A stretch of DNA of 64,000 nucleotides. Source: Christensenellales bacterium. GTDB lineage: Bacteria > Bacillota > Clostridia > Christensenellales > UBA1242. Position numbers and translations under genes: made by a program. The notes under the pieces were generated by a model that did not search any database, had not been told where the DNA came from, and saw only the letters and a list, made by a program, of their open reading frames with translations. Positions 40,053-49,082 of the stretch are shown one piece after another. The DNA lies in assembly GCA_051889995.1 (NCBI GenBank), contig JBJFDL010000001.1, positions 24,393 to 88,392 on the forward strand, read 5' to 3'. The number at the start of each line of letters is the position of its first letter. Position 1 is the stretch's first letter.

Positions 40053-41168
40053 ATGAAAAATATAGTAGTTTTATTTGGTGGTAAATCTAGCGAGCACGAT
40101 ATTTCACTTTTAACTGCAAATTTAGTTTTAAATGCAATTAATGAAGAAAAATATAGAATATATCCAATATTTGTTGATAAAAAAAATAAATGGTTTTATG
40201 TGAAAAATTTTAAAAACAATATTACGAAAGACAATAAAAAAGAAGAAGTCTTTTTAACATTTGGCTCGCCAATTTTATATAAAAAACACAAAATTACATA
40301 CAACAAGTTTATAAAAGTTGATTGTGCAATTTTGTGTCATCACGGCTTAAATGGAGAAGATGGAACAATTCAAGGAATGTTAGAGTTATGTGATATTCCT
40401 TATACTAGTTCAGGCGTTGCACCAAGTTCAATAACTATGGATAAAATTTTTATGAAGCATTTATTCAAGGCTTTAAATTTCAAAACTGTTGATTACGATT
40501 ATTTCACAATTGATGATTATAAATATGAAAAGGAAAGATTAATTTTAAAACTTGAAAATTCATTAAAATATCCTTTAATTATTAAACCATCAAGACTTGG
40601 CAGTAGCATTGGAATTTCAACTGCTAAAAACAGGGAAGAATTAATTAAGGCTATTGAACTTGCACTAACTTTTGATGACAAAATATTGGTTGAAAAAATG
40701 GTCGAGGACTTCAAGGAAATTAATTGCGCTTGCATTAAAAGTTTAACTCATTTGATTGCAAGTTCTTTAGAAGAGCCAATTAAAAAAGAAGAAATATTAA
40801 ATTTTAATGACAAATATATTTCTGGAGGTAAAAACTCAATTAAAAGGAAATATCCAGCAAAACTTAATGATAAGTTAACCAAAGAAATTAAAAAGATGAG
40901 CAAAGAAATTTATGAAAAATTTGATTTGTCTGGTTGTGTAAGAATAGATTACATAGTTAAAGATGGTGAAGTTTATGTGAACGAGATAAACTCCATTCCA
41001 GGCTCACTAGCTTATTATCTTTTTGAAAGAGAAAATCTTTCTTTCAGCGAAATAATAGATTTATTAATTTTAAAAGCAATAGAAAAATTTAATCAAAAAA
41101 AGAATTTAACCTATACTTTTGAAAGTTCTGTGTTAAATTCTAAAAAATTAAACAAGTTAAAAAAATAA
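40053..41168 (+). CDS. ddl: D-alanine--D-alanine ligase
   Basis: GGKSSEHDIS, HGLNGEDG, GSSIG, DKY, NEINSIPG. Confidence 0.94.
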   Translation: MKNIVVLFGGKSSEHDISLLTANLVLNAINEEKYRIYPIFVDKKNKWFYVKNFKNNITKDNKKEEVFLTFGSPILYKKHKITYNKFIKVDCAILCHHGLNGEDGTIQGMLELCDIPYTSSGVAPSSITMDKIFMKHLFKALNFKTVDYDYFTIDDYKYEKERLILKLENSLKYPLIIKPSRLGSSIGISTAKNREELIKAIELALTFDDKILVEKMVEDFKEINCACIKSLTHLIASSLEEPIKKEEILNFNDKYISGGKNSIKRKYPAKLNDKLTKEIKKMSKEIYEKFDLSGCVRIDYIVKDGEVYVNEINSIPGSLAYYLFERENLSFSEIIDLLILKAIEKFNQKKNLTYTFESSVLNSKKLNKLKK

Positions 41169-41190
41169 GATGACCTCGTGTCATCTTTTT
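41167..41190 (+). terminator. intrinsic terminator after ddl
   Basis: AAGATGAC-loop-GTCATCTT + T tract. Confidence 0.75.
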
Positions 41191-41351
41191 ATATATTATA
41201 TTATATCACAAAAGCATAATATTAGTCAAACGATTTTTAAACATTTTTCAAATTTTTTTAAGATTGTAAAGTTTTATTCTTATTTGCGTAAGGATAAAAC
41301 TTTTTTTAAAAACTTTTATATCTTATTAAATTAAAAAAAGGAGGAATAATT

Positions 41352-41429
41352 ATGGCAACTAAAAGAGATTTACAACGAGAAGTTAATAGATTAAATGACA
41401 AATATTGTAAATACAAAAAATCAATTTGA
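41352..41429 (+). pseudogene. 25-codon ORF with strong RBS, possible truncated gene remnant or small peptide
   Basis: AAAGGAGG RBS, MATKRDLQREVNRLNDKYCKYKKSI*. Confidence 0.4.
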
Positions 41430-41459
41430 AATTACAAAAATATGTGGTAAAATATAACT

Positions 41460-42041
41460 ATGTTATCAATACAAAAACAAGGTTACAGCATTATTGAAAT
41501 TAAGAAGAGTAAATTTATTGGACTATCATATTTTGTTTCAAATAAAAACGATGTTGATGAAATAATTGACAGCATTAAAGAAGAATATAAAGATGCAACA
41601 CATTGTTGTTTTGCCTATGTTTTGCGTGGCGTAGAAAAATGTAGTGATGATGGTGAACCTAGTGGAACGGCTGGTAGACCAATTTTAAATGTTATAAAAA
41701 ACAAAAAATTATTTAATGTTTTAGTTTGTTGTGTGAGATATTTTGGTGGTGAAAAACTTGGTGCTGGAGGACTTGTTAGGGCATATACAAAAAGTGCAAC
41801 GAGTTCGCTTGATAATGCAGAAATTTGCGAATTAAATGAAATGTGCAAAGTGAAATTTAAAATTAATATTAATGATGCGTTTAATGTTTATTCTTTATCT
41901 AAAAAATTTAATTTCAACATTGTTAGCAACGAAAATGGTGATTTTTTGTTAACTTGCAAAGCAGAAGATAGAACTATGTTGGAAAATTTATTATTAAATC
42001 TTAATGTTAGTGATATTGAGTGGGAAGAAATTTATGGATAA
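41460..42041 (+). CDS. YigZ/IMPACT family protein
   Basis: IKKSKFI, ATHCCFAY, DDGEPSGTAG, RYFGG.KLGAGGLVRAY. Confidence 0.92.
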   Translation: MLSIQKQGYSIIEIKKSKFIGLSYFVSNKNDVDEIIDSIKEEYKDATHCCFAYVLRGVEKCSDDGEPSGTAGRPILNVIKNKKLFNVLVCCVRYFGGEKLGAGGLVRAYTKSATSSLDNAEICELNEMCKVKFKININDAFNVYSLSKKFNFNIVSNENGDFLLTCKAEDRTMLENLLLNLNVSDIEWEEIYG

Positions 42042-42657
42042 TAAAAATTTTAGTCATTATTTTATAGATGTAGAACATAAAGAAAGTGATTATTTTATGT
42101 TCGAAGATGAGTTTTTAGATGTAAAAGCAAAATTTAAAAGTTGCAATAATGTTTTTTCTAAAAATGAAGTCGATTATGGAACAAAAGTTTTAATGACGGC
42201 AATAGTTAAAAACTACGATTTAAACAATAAAAATTGTCTTGATTTAGGCTGTGGACTAGGTGTTGTATCAGTATTTTTAAGTAAGTTATTTAAAGAGGTA
42301 AACTTTGTTTTGAGTGATATAACTGATATTACAATAAAATTAAGTCAGCAAAACTTAAAAATAAACAATTGTGCAAGTTTTAAAATTATTAAAAGTAATT
42401 TGTTTGAAAACATAGATGAAAAATTTGATTATATAATTACAAATCCTCCAATAAGAGTGGGTAAACAACTATTATTAAAATTAATTGAAGATAGTGTTAA
42501 TTTTTTAAATCACGATGGAAAATTGATTTTGGTAATACGTAAAAATCATGGCGAAGAAAGCATAAAAAAATATATGGAAGGCATTTTTGAAAATGTTGAA
42601 ATTATAAGGCGTGATAAAGGTTTTTATGTTTTAGTGGGGTATAATGGTAACAATTAG
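42034..42657 (+). CDS. class I SAM methyltransferase (RsmC/YbxB-like)
   Basis: VFSK..VDYGT, LDLGCGLG, TNPPIRVGK. Confidence 0.88.
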   Translation: MDNKNFSHYFIDVEHKESDYFMFEDEFLDVKAKFKSCNNVFSKNEVDYGTKVLMTAIVKNYDLNNKNCLDLGCGLGVVSVFLSKLFKEVNFVLSDITDITIKLSQQNLKINNCASFKIIKSNLFENIDEKFDYIITNPPIRVGKQLLLKLIEDSVNFLNHDGKLILVIRKNHGEESIKKYMEGIFENVEIIRRDKGFYVLVGYNGNN

Positions 42658-43255
42658 TTTTGAAAAGCAAAAAAAAGATGAAAGATATAATTTATATTTG
42701 GATGGAGAGTTTTTTAGTGGAATTGAACCAGATATCATTGTTAAATATTCTTTAAAAAATGGTCAAGAATTTGATAAAGATAAAATAGTAAATATTGTTT
42801 TAGAAAGTGAAAGCTTTAATGCGTTTAATAAAGCATTGAAATATATTTCTAAAAGCATGAAAACTCAAGGTGAAATGGAAAAATATTTATTAAGCAAAGG
42901 GTTTAATGCTGATGTTGTTAAGATTGCAATAGACAAGCTTATTGAATATAAATACATTGACGACGAAAAATATATTGAAACATATGTTCAGTTTTACAAA
43001 AATGAATGTGGCAAACAAAAAATAAAACAAGCGCTTCTTTCAAAAAAACTAGATGAAGAGTTGATTGAAAAATACTTGTCATACAGTGAAGAAGAAAATC
43101 TTGAAAAAATTTGTCAATTAATTAAAAAATATTCAAAAAATAAAGATTTAGATTATAATGAAAAAATTAAAATAAAAAGACGTCTTTTTTCAAAAGGATA
43201 TTCGGTTGAAATTATAAATAAAGCTTTTAACAATTTGGGAGATTATGATGATTAG
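42644..43255 (+). CDS. recX: regulatory protein RecX
   Basis: RYNLYLDGEF, ALKYI, YIDD, G..KIKQ.L, KGYS. Confidence 0.85.
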   Translation: MVTISFEKQKKDERYNLYLDGEFFSGIEPDIIVKYSLKNGQEFDKDKIVNIVLESESFNAFNKALKYISKSMKTQGEMEKYLLSKGFNADVVKIAIDKLIEYKYIDDEKYIETYVQFYKNECGKQKIKQALLSKKLDEELIEKYLSYSEEENLEKICQLIKKYSKNKDLDYNEKIKIKRRLFSKGYSVEIINKAFNNLGDYDD

Positions 43256-43607
43256 AACGGGGATTGATATTATTGAAACTAAACGATTTAATATTAAACA
43301 TTTAGACGATTTTTTGGAAAAATATTACAGCGATGAGGAAATTGAATATATTAATCAAAAAGATAAAAATTTACAAACAATTGCTGGAATTTATGCCTGC
43401 AAAGAAGCTGTTTTAAAGGCCTTTAAGATAGGAATTGGTAATGGGATTTCTCTTAAAGATGTGGTAATTTCTCATGAAAAAGGAAATCCATACTTAAAGT
43501 TGAATGATGTAATAAAATCTTTGATGGCAAAAGATAATTTAAAAGAAATTGACATTAATATTTCGCATAGTGAAAATAATGCCATTGCAATTTGTATAAT
43601 AATTTAA
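43245..43607 (+). CDS. acpS: holo-ACP synthase
   Basis: GIDII, ACKEAVLKA, GNP, NISH. Confidence 0.9.
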   Translation: MMIRTGIDIIETKRFNIKHLDDFLEKYYSDEEIEYINQKDKNLQTIAGIYACKEAVLKAFKIGIGNGISLKDVVISHEKGNPYLKLNDVIKSLMAKDNLKEIDINISHSENNAIAICIII

Positions 43608-43662
43608 TTTTTACAAACAATAAAATTGTAGCATAACGCTACTTTTTTTATTGGAGTTAACT

Positions 43663-43887
43663 ATGATTGAAAGTTATAAGAAAGAATTAGAAAACGCAAC
43701 AAAAAATGTCGATTTTAGCACAAAACGAGCACATTTTCATATTATAAGTATAGAAGAATTAGATTTGATGTATAAAAATTTTTATGAAATCAATAATCTA
43801 AATATATCTTTTGAAGAAAATTTAGATTTAGACAATTATTCATTCTTTTTATATGAAAATTGGCTTGCGAGGTTTAATGATTATTAA
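43663..43887 (+). CDS. putative MazE/NdoAI-like antitoxin
   Basis: 74 aa, overlaps mazF start; C-terminal [10 protein letters not shown] resembles the NdoAI toxin-binding tail. Confidence 0.5.
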   Translation: MIESYKKELENATKNVDFSTKRAHFHIISIEELDLMYKNFYEINNLNISFEENLDLDNYSFFLYENWLARFNDY

Positions 43888-44221
43888 AAGGGGAGAAATA
43901 TACTATGCCGATTTAAGTCCGGTGCTTGGAAGTGAACAAGGTGGTGTTAGACCAGTTCTTGTTCTTCAAAATGATATCGGTAATAAATATAGTCCAACAA
44001 TTATTGTTAGTGCAATTACGAGTAGATTATATAAGGCAAAACTTCCAACGCATATTAGTTTAGATGCATCACTTTATGGCTTAAATAAGGATAGTATAAT
44101 TTTACTTGAACAATTAAGAACAATAGATAAATTAAGGTTAAGAGAAAAAATTGGAGAACTTTCTCCACAAAAAATGAAAGAAGTTGACAATGCCTTGCTA
44201 ATTAGTTTAGGTTATTTTTAA
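43877..44221 (+). CDS. mazF: MazF/NdoA (PemK family) endoribonuclease toxin
   Basis: [42 protein letters not shown]. Confidence 0.95.
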   Translation: MIIKRGEIYYADLSPVLGSEQGGVRPVLVLQNDIGNKYSPTIIVSAITSRLYKAKLPTHISLDASLYGLNKDSIILLEQLRTIDKLRLREKIGELSPQKMKEVDNALLISLGYF

Positions 44222-44292
44222 AACAAAGATCACATTTTGAATTTCTTTGTTTTTTGTTTGACTTTTTTATATTTATAATTTATTATTTTTTT

Positions 44293-45150
44293 ATGTGTAA
44301 AAGAAAAGATGGAACAAAATTAAAAGACGTTGACCCAATTTTACGTATGACAAGTTATATTATGCCGTATAGGTATGATGCACAAGTTTTTAGTAAAACT
44401 GAGGTTAATTGTGAAAAAATTGATCAATTTATTAGAGAGGAAAGAGAAAAGGATAGCCGATTTACTTATATGCATATAGTAATTGCAGGACTTGTTAGAA
44501 TGTATGCTGAAAGACCTAAAATGAATAGGTTTATTATAAATAGAAAAGTTTATTCAAGAAATGGAATAACATTAGCATTTACTGTTAAAAAAACTCTAAA
44601 AGAGGACGCTCCTGAAACAACTTTAAAACTAGAGTTTAAAGGAACTGAAAACATTTATGAAATTAGAGATATGATAGATAATGCAATAAAAGAGAATTTT
44701 AATGTCGAAGACCAAAATAACACAGATAAACTTGCCCAAAAACTTCTTTCTCTTCCAAATTTCTTTTTAAAATTTGTCATGAAATTTGTTCGTTTTTTAG
44801 ATAATCATGGAATGTTGCCACAAAAACTGATTAATGCGAGTCCCTTCCACGTTAGTTGTTTTTTAACAAATATGAAAAGTATTAGCACAAGTTATGTTTA
44901 TCATCATATCTACGACTTTGGAACAGTTGGACAATTCATTTCGATGGGAAAGGAAACAAAAAAAGCTATCATTGATGAAAATGATGAGGTAAAAGTTGCA
45001 AAGATGATGCCTTTAGGACTTGTTATTGATGAAAGAATTTGTGATGGATTATATTACGCTCACGCAATTAAAACAGGCGTGAAATATATTGAAAACCCAT
45101 ATCTTATGAAAGAAAATCTTGAAAATATAGTTGAAGATAATGGCAAATAA
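44293..45150 (+). CDS. stand-alone 2-oxoacid dehydrogenase E2-like acyltransferase domain
   Basis: RPKMNRF, FLTN, C-terminal DERICDG (DHRxxDG equivalent). Confidence 0.7.
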   Translation: MCKRKDGTKLKDVDPILRMTSYIMPYRYDAQVFSKTEVNCEKIDQFIREEREKDSRFTYMHIVIAGLVRMYAERPKMNRFIINRKVYSRNGITLAFTVKKTLKEDAPETTLKLEFKGTENIYEIRDMIDNAIKENFNVEDQNNTDKLAQKLLSLPNFFLKFVMKFVRFLDNHGMLPQKLINASPFHVSCFLTNMKSISTSYVYHHIYDFGTVGQFISMGKETKKAIIDENDEVKVAKMMPLGLVIDERICDGLYYAHAIKTGVKYIENPYLMKENLENIVEDNGK

Positions 45151-45174
45151 AAAAACTCGCAAAGCGAGTTTTTT
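45151..45174. terminator. bidirectional terminator
   Basis: AAAAACTCGC-AAA-GCGAGTTTTTT between convergent genes. Confidence 0.85.
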
Positions 45175-45183
45175 GTTTGGTTA

Positions 45184-46173
45184 TTATTTTGTTAGAGAAG
45201 CTTGGAAGGCTTCAATTTGTTGTTGAATTTGAGCTTTTGTTGTTTCATCAATTTTGTTTAAATGTTCAGTTATAATTTGTTTGTTGCTTTCAACTAAATT
45301 CTTTGCAGAAGTTTTAATATCAGTTAATGTTTTTTTGCATTGATTTTCAACAGTTTCAACAACTTCTTTAATTATTGTTTTTAGTTCTTCTTTCTTTTCT
45401 TTCAATTGTTGTTTAGCAGTTTTTAAGTTGCTTTTAGCTGTGTCTAGTAATGATTGAATTGATTTTTTTGCTTCTTCTGGAAGTTTCTTTAATTGTTCTT
45501 CATAATCAGCAATTAATTTTTCATATTCAGCAATACTGCTTTCTAAAGTTTCAATAGTTGCATCAATTAATTTAGTGGCAGTATCTAATTGAGTTTGTAA
45601 AGCACTTCTTGCTTCAAGAGTGATATTTTTAATTTCATCACTTTTTTCTTCTAAAACGACCATTAAATCATTGAAAGATTTATCAGCAGAATCAACTGTT
45701 TCAACGGCTAAGTTATTAATGCAAGTTGCTAAATCTTTGCTATATTCAACTACAGCACCACCAATGATTAGTGAATCATTAAAAAATTTATTAACTCTGT
45801 TTTTTACTTTATTAGCTAAATCTTTAATTTTAGCATTTGTTTCGTCTTCACAAGTAATTGTAATTTCCACTTTTGTTCCAGTGCTTTCAACATTAATTTT
45901 ACCTAGTTTTGTTGAAATTTCTAAAAATTTATCACTTGCTTGTTCGGCAGTTAACCCTTTGAAATCAACTGAAGCAATAAGATTTTCGCCATCTTGATTT
46001 ATTGCATTAGCATACATAACTTTATTGTTTTGGTCTAACACAAATTGCACTTCAGGATTAACGCTCATTGTCATAACGCTTGTTGCCGTAGATTTTTTAT
46101 TGCAGGCAAATAAGAAAGTTGTGAATGGTAATATTAGACAAATGACTAGTATAAAGTTTAATATTTTTTTCAT
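45184..46173 (-). CDS. lipoprotein with RsgI-like extracellular domain and coiled-coil tail
   Basis: lipobox LFAC; SVNPEVQFVLD..NKV..ANAINQDG resembles the RsgI periplasmic NP motif; heptad-rich C-terminus. Confidence 0.65.
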   Translation of the reverse strand: MKKILNFILVICLILPFTTFLFACNKKSTATSVMTMSVNPEVQFVLDQNNKVMYANAINQDGENLIASVDFKGLTAEQASDKFLEISTKLGKINVESTGTKVEITITCEDETNAKIKDLANKVKNRVNKFFNDSLIIGGAVVEYSKDLATCINNLAVETVDSADKSFNDLMVVLEEKSDEIKNITLEARSALQTQLDTATKLIDATIETLESSIAEYEKLIADYEEQLKKLPEEAKKSIQSLLDTAKSNLKTAKQQLKEKKEELKTIIKEVVETVENQCKKTLTDIKTSAKNLVESNKQIITEHLNKIDETTKAQIQQQIEAFQASLTK

Positions 46174-46332
46174 AATTCTCTCCTTTAATTTTTTATTATT
46201 TAAATTTTATCATATTTTAATTCTTATTAGCAACTGAAAATTCAAAAATTTGTAAAAAAAATTTTATCAAATTTTATATATAATTTGAATTTTTACATAT
46301 TTTGTTGTATAATGCTTACTGTTTAGAGGTAT

Positions 46333-48078
46333 ATGATGAAAGAAAATATATATAGAACACATAATTGTGGTGAATTAAGAATTGAAAATGTTGGTAGCAC
46401 TGTAAGACTTGCCGGATGGGTTGAAACCATAAGAAAACTTGGTTCAATAACTTTTGTTACACTTCGTGACCATTATGGCGTTACACAACTATTGGTTAAC
46501 GATGATAAATTATTAGAAGGTGTTAACAAAGAATGCACAGTTACAATTTCAGGTAAAGTTTTGGAAAGACAAAGCAAAAATCCTAAAATGGAAACAGGAG
46601 ATATTGAAGTTGAAGTTTCATCACTTCAAGTTTTAGGCAAATGTGAAAGTGTTTTACCTTTTGAAATTAATGATGCACCAAACACAAAGGAAGATTTAAG
46701 ACTTAAATATCGTTATTTGGATTTAAGAAATAAAGAATTGCATTCCAGAATTGTTAAAAGAGCAGAAATTTTGCGTTTTGTTAGAAATAAAATGAGTGAT
46801 ATGGGATTTGTTGAAGTTCAAACTCCAATTTTAACATCATCTTCACCAGAAGGTGCAAGAGATTTTATTGTTCCAACTGTTTTGGCTAAAGGCGAATTTT
46901 ATGCTTTACCACAAGCACCACAACAATATAAGCAACTTTTAATGGTTTCTGGATTTGATAAATATTTCCAAATTGCACCTTGCTTTAGAAATGAAGCCGC
47001 AAGAGCAGACAGAACACCAGGAGAATTTTATCAAATAGACTTTGAAATGAGTTTTGCAACTCAAGAAGATGTTTTTGAAGTGGCAGGAGATATTGCATAT
47101 TCTATCTATGATAAATTCACAACATTAGATGTTTCAAAACCACCTTTTGTTAGAATTAAATATAAAGATGCAATAGAAAATTATTGTTCTGATAAGCCAG
47201 ATTTAAGAAACCCACTTTTAGTTAAAGATTACACAGAATTTTTTGCTGATATTGATTTTAACGCATTCAAAGATAAAGTTGTTAAAGGTGTTAAAGCAAA
47301 CTGTGCCGATAAGTCAAGAAAATTTTATGATGAATTATCAACAGAAATAATAAATAACGAAGGTAAAGGTGTTGCTTGGTTAAAGTTAACAGATGGAAAT
47401 TTTGTTGGTTCAATTTCTAAATTTATCACCGAAGAAAAGAAAGAAAAATTAATTAAATTGGCCGATTTAAAAGAAGGTGAAAGCATTTGTTTTGTTGCAG
47501 ATAATAAAACAAAAGTTATTAATTTAGCAAATGTTTTAAGAAATTCAATGGGTGAAAAACTTGAATTAATCGACCATAATAAAGTTATCTTTTGCTGGAT
47601 TGTAGATTTTCCTTTCTTTGAATTTAATGAAGAAGAAAACAAAATTGATTTTTCACATAATCCTTTTTCTATGCCACAAGGTGGTTTAGATGCTTTACTA
47701 AACAAAAATCCATTAGATATTGTTGCATATCAATATGATTTAGTTTGCAATGGTTATGAAATGATGAGTGGTGCTGTTCGAAATCACGACCAAGAAATTA
47801 TGGTTAAAGCATTTGAAATTGCTGGTTACAACAAAGAAACAGTAGAAACAAAATTTAGAGCATTATTTGGTGCATTCAAATATGGCGCACCTCCACATGC
47901 TGGTGCTGCACTGGGATTTGATAGAATGATGATGCCAATTATGAATCAAGAAGCAATAAGAGAAGTTATAGCATTCCCAATGAATAAGAATGGTAGAGAT
48001 TTATTAATGAATTCACCAAGCAAAATTGATGAAAAAACTTTGAGAGAATTAGGCATTAAAACTATTGAAGATAAATAG
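46333..48078 (+). CDS. aspS: aspartate--tRNA ligase
   Basis: YRTHNCGEL, PEGARDF, LPQAPQ, CFRNE, GAPPHAG. Confidence 0.97.
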   Translation: MMKENIYRTHNCGELRIENVGSTVRLAGWVETIRKLGSITFVTLRDHYGVTQLLVNDDKLLEGVNKECTVTISGKVLERQSKNPKMETGDIEVEVSSLQVLGKCESVLPFEINDAPNTKEDLRLKYRYLDLRNKELHSRIVKRAEILRFVRNKMSDMGFVEVQTPILTSSSPEGARDFIVPTVLAKGEFYALPQAPQQYKQLLMVSGFDKYFQIAPCFRNEAARADRTPGEFYQIDFEMSFATQEDVFEVAGDIAYSIYDKFTTLDVSKPPFVRIKYKDAIENYCSDKPDLRNPLLVKDYTEFFADIDFNAFKDKVVKGVKANCADKSRKFYDELSTEIINNEGKGVAWLKLTDGNFVGSISKFITEEKKEKLIKLADLKEGESICFVADNKTKVINLANVLRNSMGEKLELIDHNKVIFCWIVDFPFFEFNEEENKIDFSHNPFSMPQGGLDALLNKNPLDIVAYQYDLVCNGYEMMSGAVRNHDQEIMVKAFEIAGYNKETVETKFRALFGAFKYGAPPHAGAALGFDRMMMPIMNQEAIREVIAFPMNKNGRDLLMNSPSKIDEKTLRELGIKTIEDK

Positions 48079-48086
48079 GAGAAATT

Positions 48087-49073
48087 ATGAAAAGAGTTTT
48101 AACGGGATTACAACCCACTGGTAATTTAACATTAGGAAATTACATAGGTAGTATTTCACAAATGAAAATATATCAAGATGAATATGAATCCTTCATTTTT
48201 GTTGCCGATATGCATTCAATCACAATTCCTCGATCTCCAGAAGAATTGAGAACAAAAAGTCGCGATTTGCTTTGTTTATATCTTGCTTGTGGAATAGATA
48301 AGGATAAAAATACATTTTTTATACAATCACAAAATTTAAATCACACAAATCTTGCATGGATTTTAGAATGCAACACTCCTTATGGTCAATTAACCAGAAT
48401 GACTCAATTTAAAGATAAAAGTCAAAAAGGGCAATCTGTTACGAGTGGCCTTTTCACATATCCCGTTTTAATGGCTAGTGATATTTTGTTATATGATGCA
48501 AATTTGGTTCCTACTGGAATTGATCAAAAACAACATGTTGAACTTGCAAGGGATATAGCTATAAATTTTAATAAAAAATATGGTGATACTTTTGTAATTC
48601 CAGAACCTTGTATTCAAAAAATAGGTGCAAATATTATGGATTTGCAAAATCCTTGTATTAAAATGAGCAAAAGTAATCAAAATCCTAAAGGTGTTATATA
48701 TCTTATGGATGATGAAGAAACTATAAGGAAAAAATTTAAAAGTGCTGTTACTGATAGTGATGGCGAAATTTATTATGACGTCGAGAAAAAGGCGGGAATT
48801 TCTAATTTATTAACAATATACTCATGTATGAAATCTAAGTCTATGGAGGAAGTTTGTGCTCACTTTAAAGGACAAAATTATGGCACATTAAAAAATGAAG
48901 TTGCGCAAAGTGTAATTGATGTTTTAATTCCAATTCAAAAAAGATTTAAAGAAATTAGAGAATCTAATTTAATTGAAGAGATTTTGAAAAGAGATTATTC
49001 AAAAGTTTTCGATATTTCTAGCAAAAAACTTTTAGAAGTTAAAGAAAAAGTTGGATTTCTAACATTAAAATAA
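48087..49073 (+). CDS. trpS: tryptophan--tRNA ligase
   Basis: GLQPTGNLTLGNYIG, YPVLMASDIL, DQKQH, KMSKS. Confidence 0.97.
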   Translation: MKRVLTGLQPTGNLTLGNYIGSISQMKIYQDEYESFIFVADMHSITIPRSPEELRTKSRDLLCLYLACGIDKDKNTFFIQSQNLNHTNLAWILECNTPYGQLTRMTQFKDKSQKGQSVTSGLFTYPVLMASDILLYDANLVPTGIDQKQHVELARDIAINFNKKYGDTFVIPEPCIQKIGANIMDLQNPCIKMSKSNQNPKGVIYLMDDEETIRKKFKSAVTDSDGEIYYDVEKKAGISNLLTIYSCMKSKSMEEVCAHFKGQNYGTLKNEVAQSVIDVLIPIQKRFKEIRESNLIEEILKRDYSKVFDISSKKLLEVKEKVGFLTLK

Positions 49074-49082
49074 GGAGACAGA

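Noticed and set aside
40053..41168. Van-type D-Ala-D-Lac ligase
   Set aside because: Omega loop keeps DKY as in D-Ala-D-Ala ligases; core murF-ddl context, no vanHX/RS.
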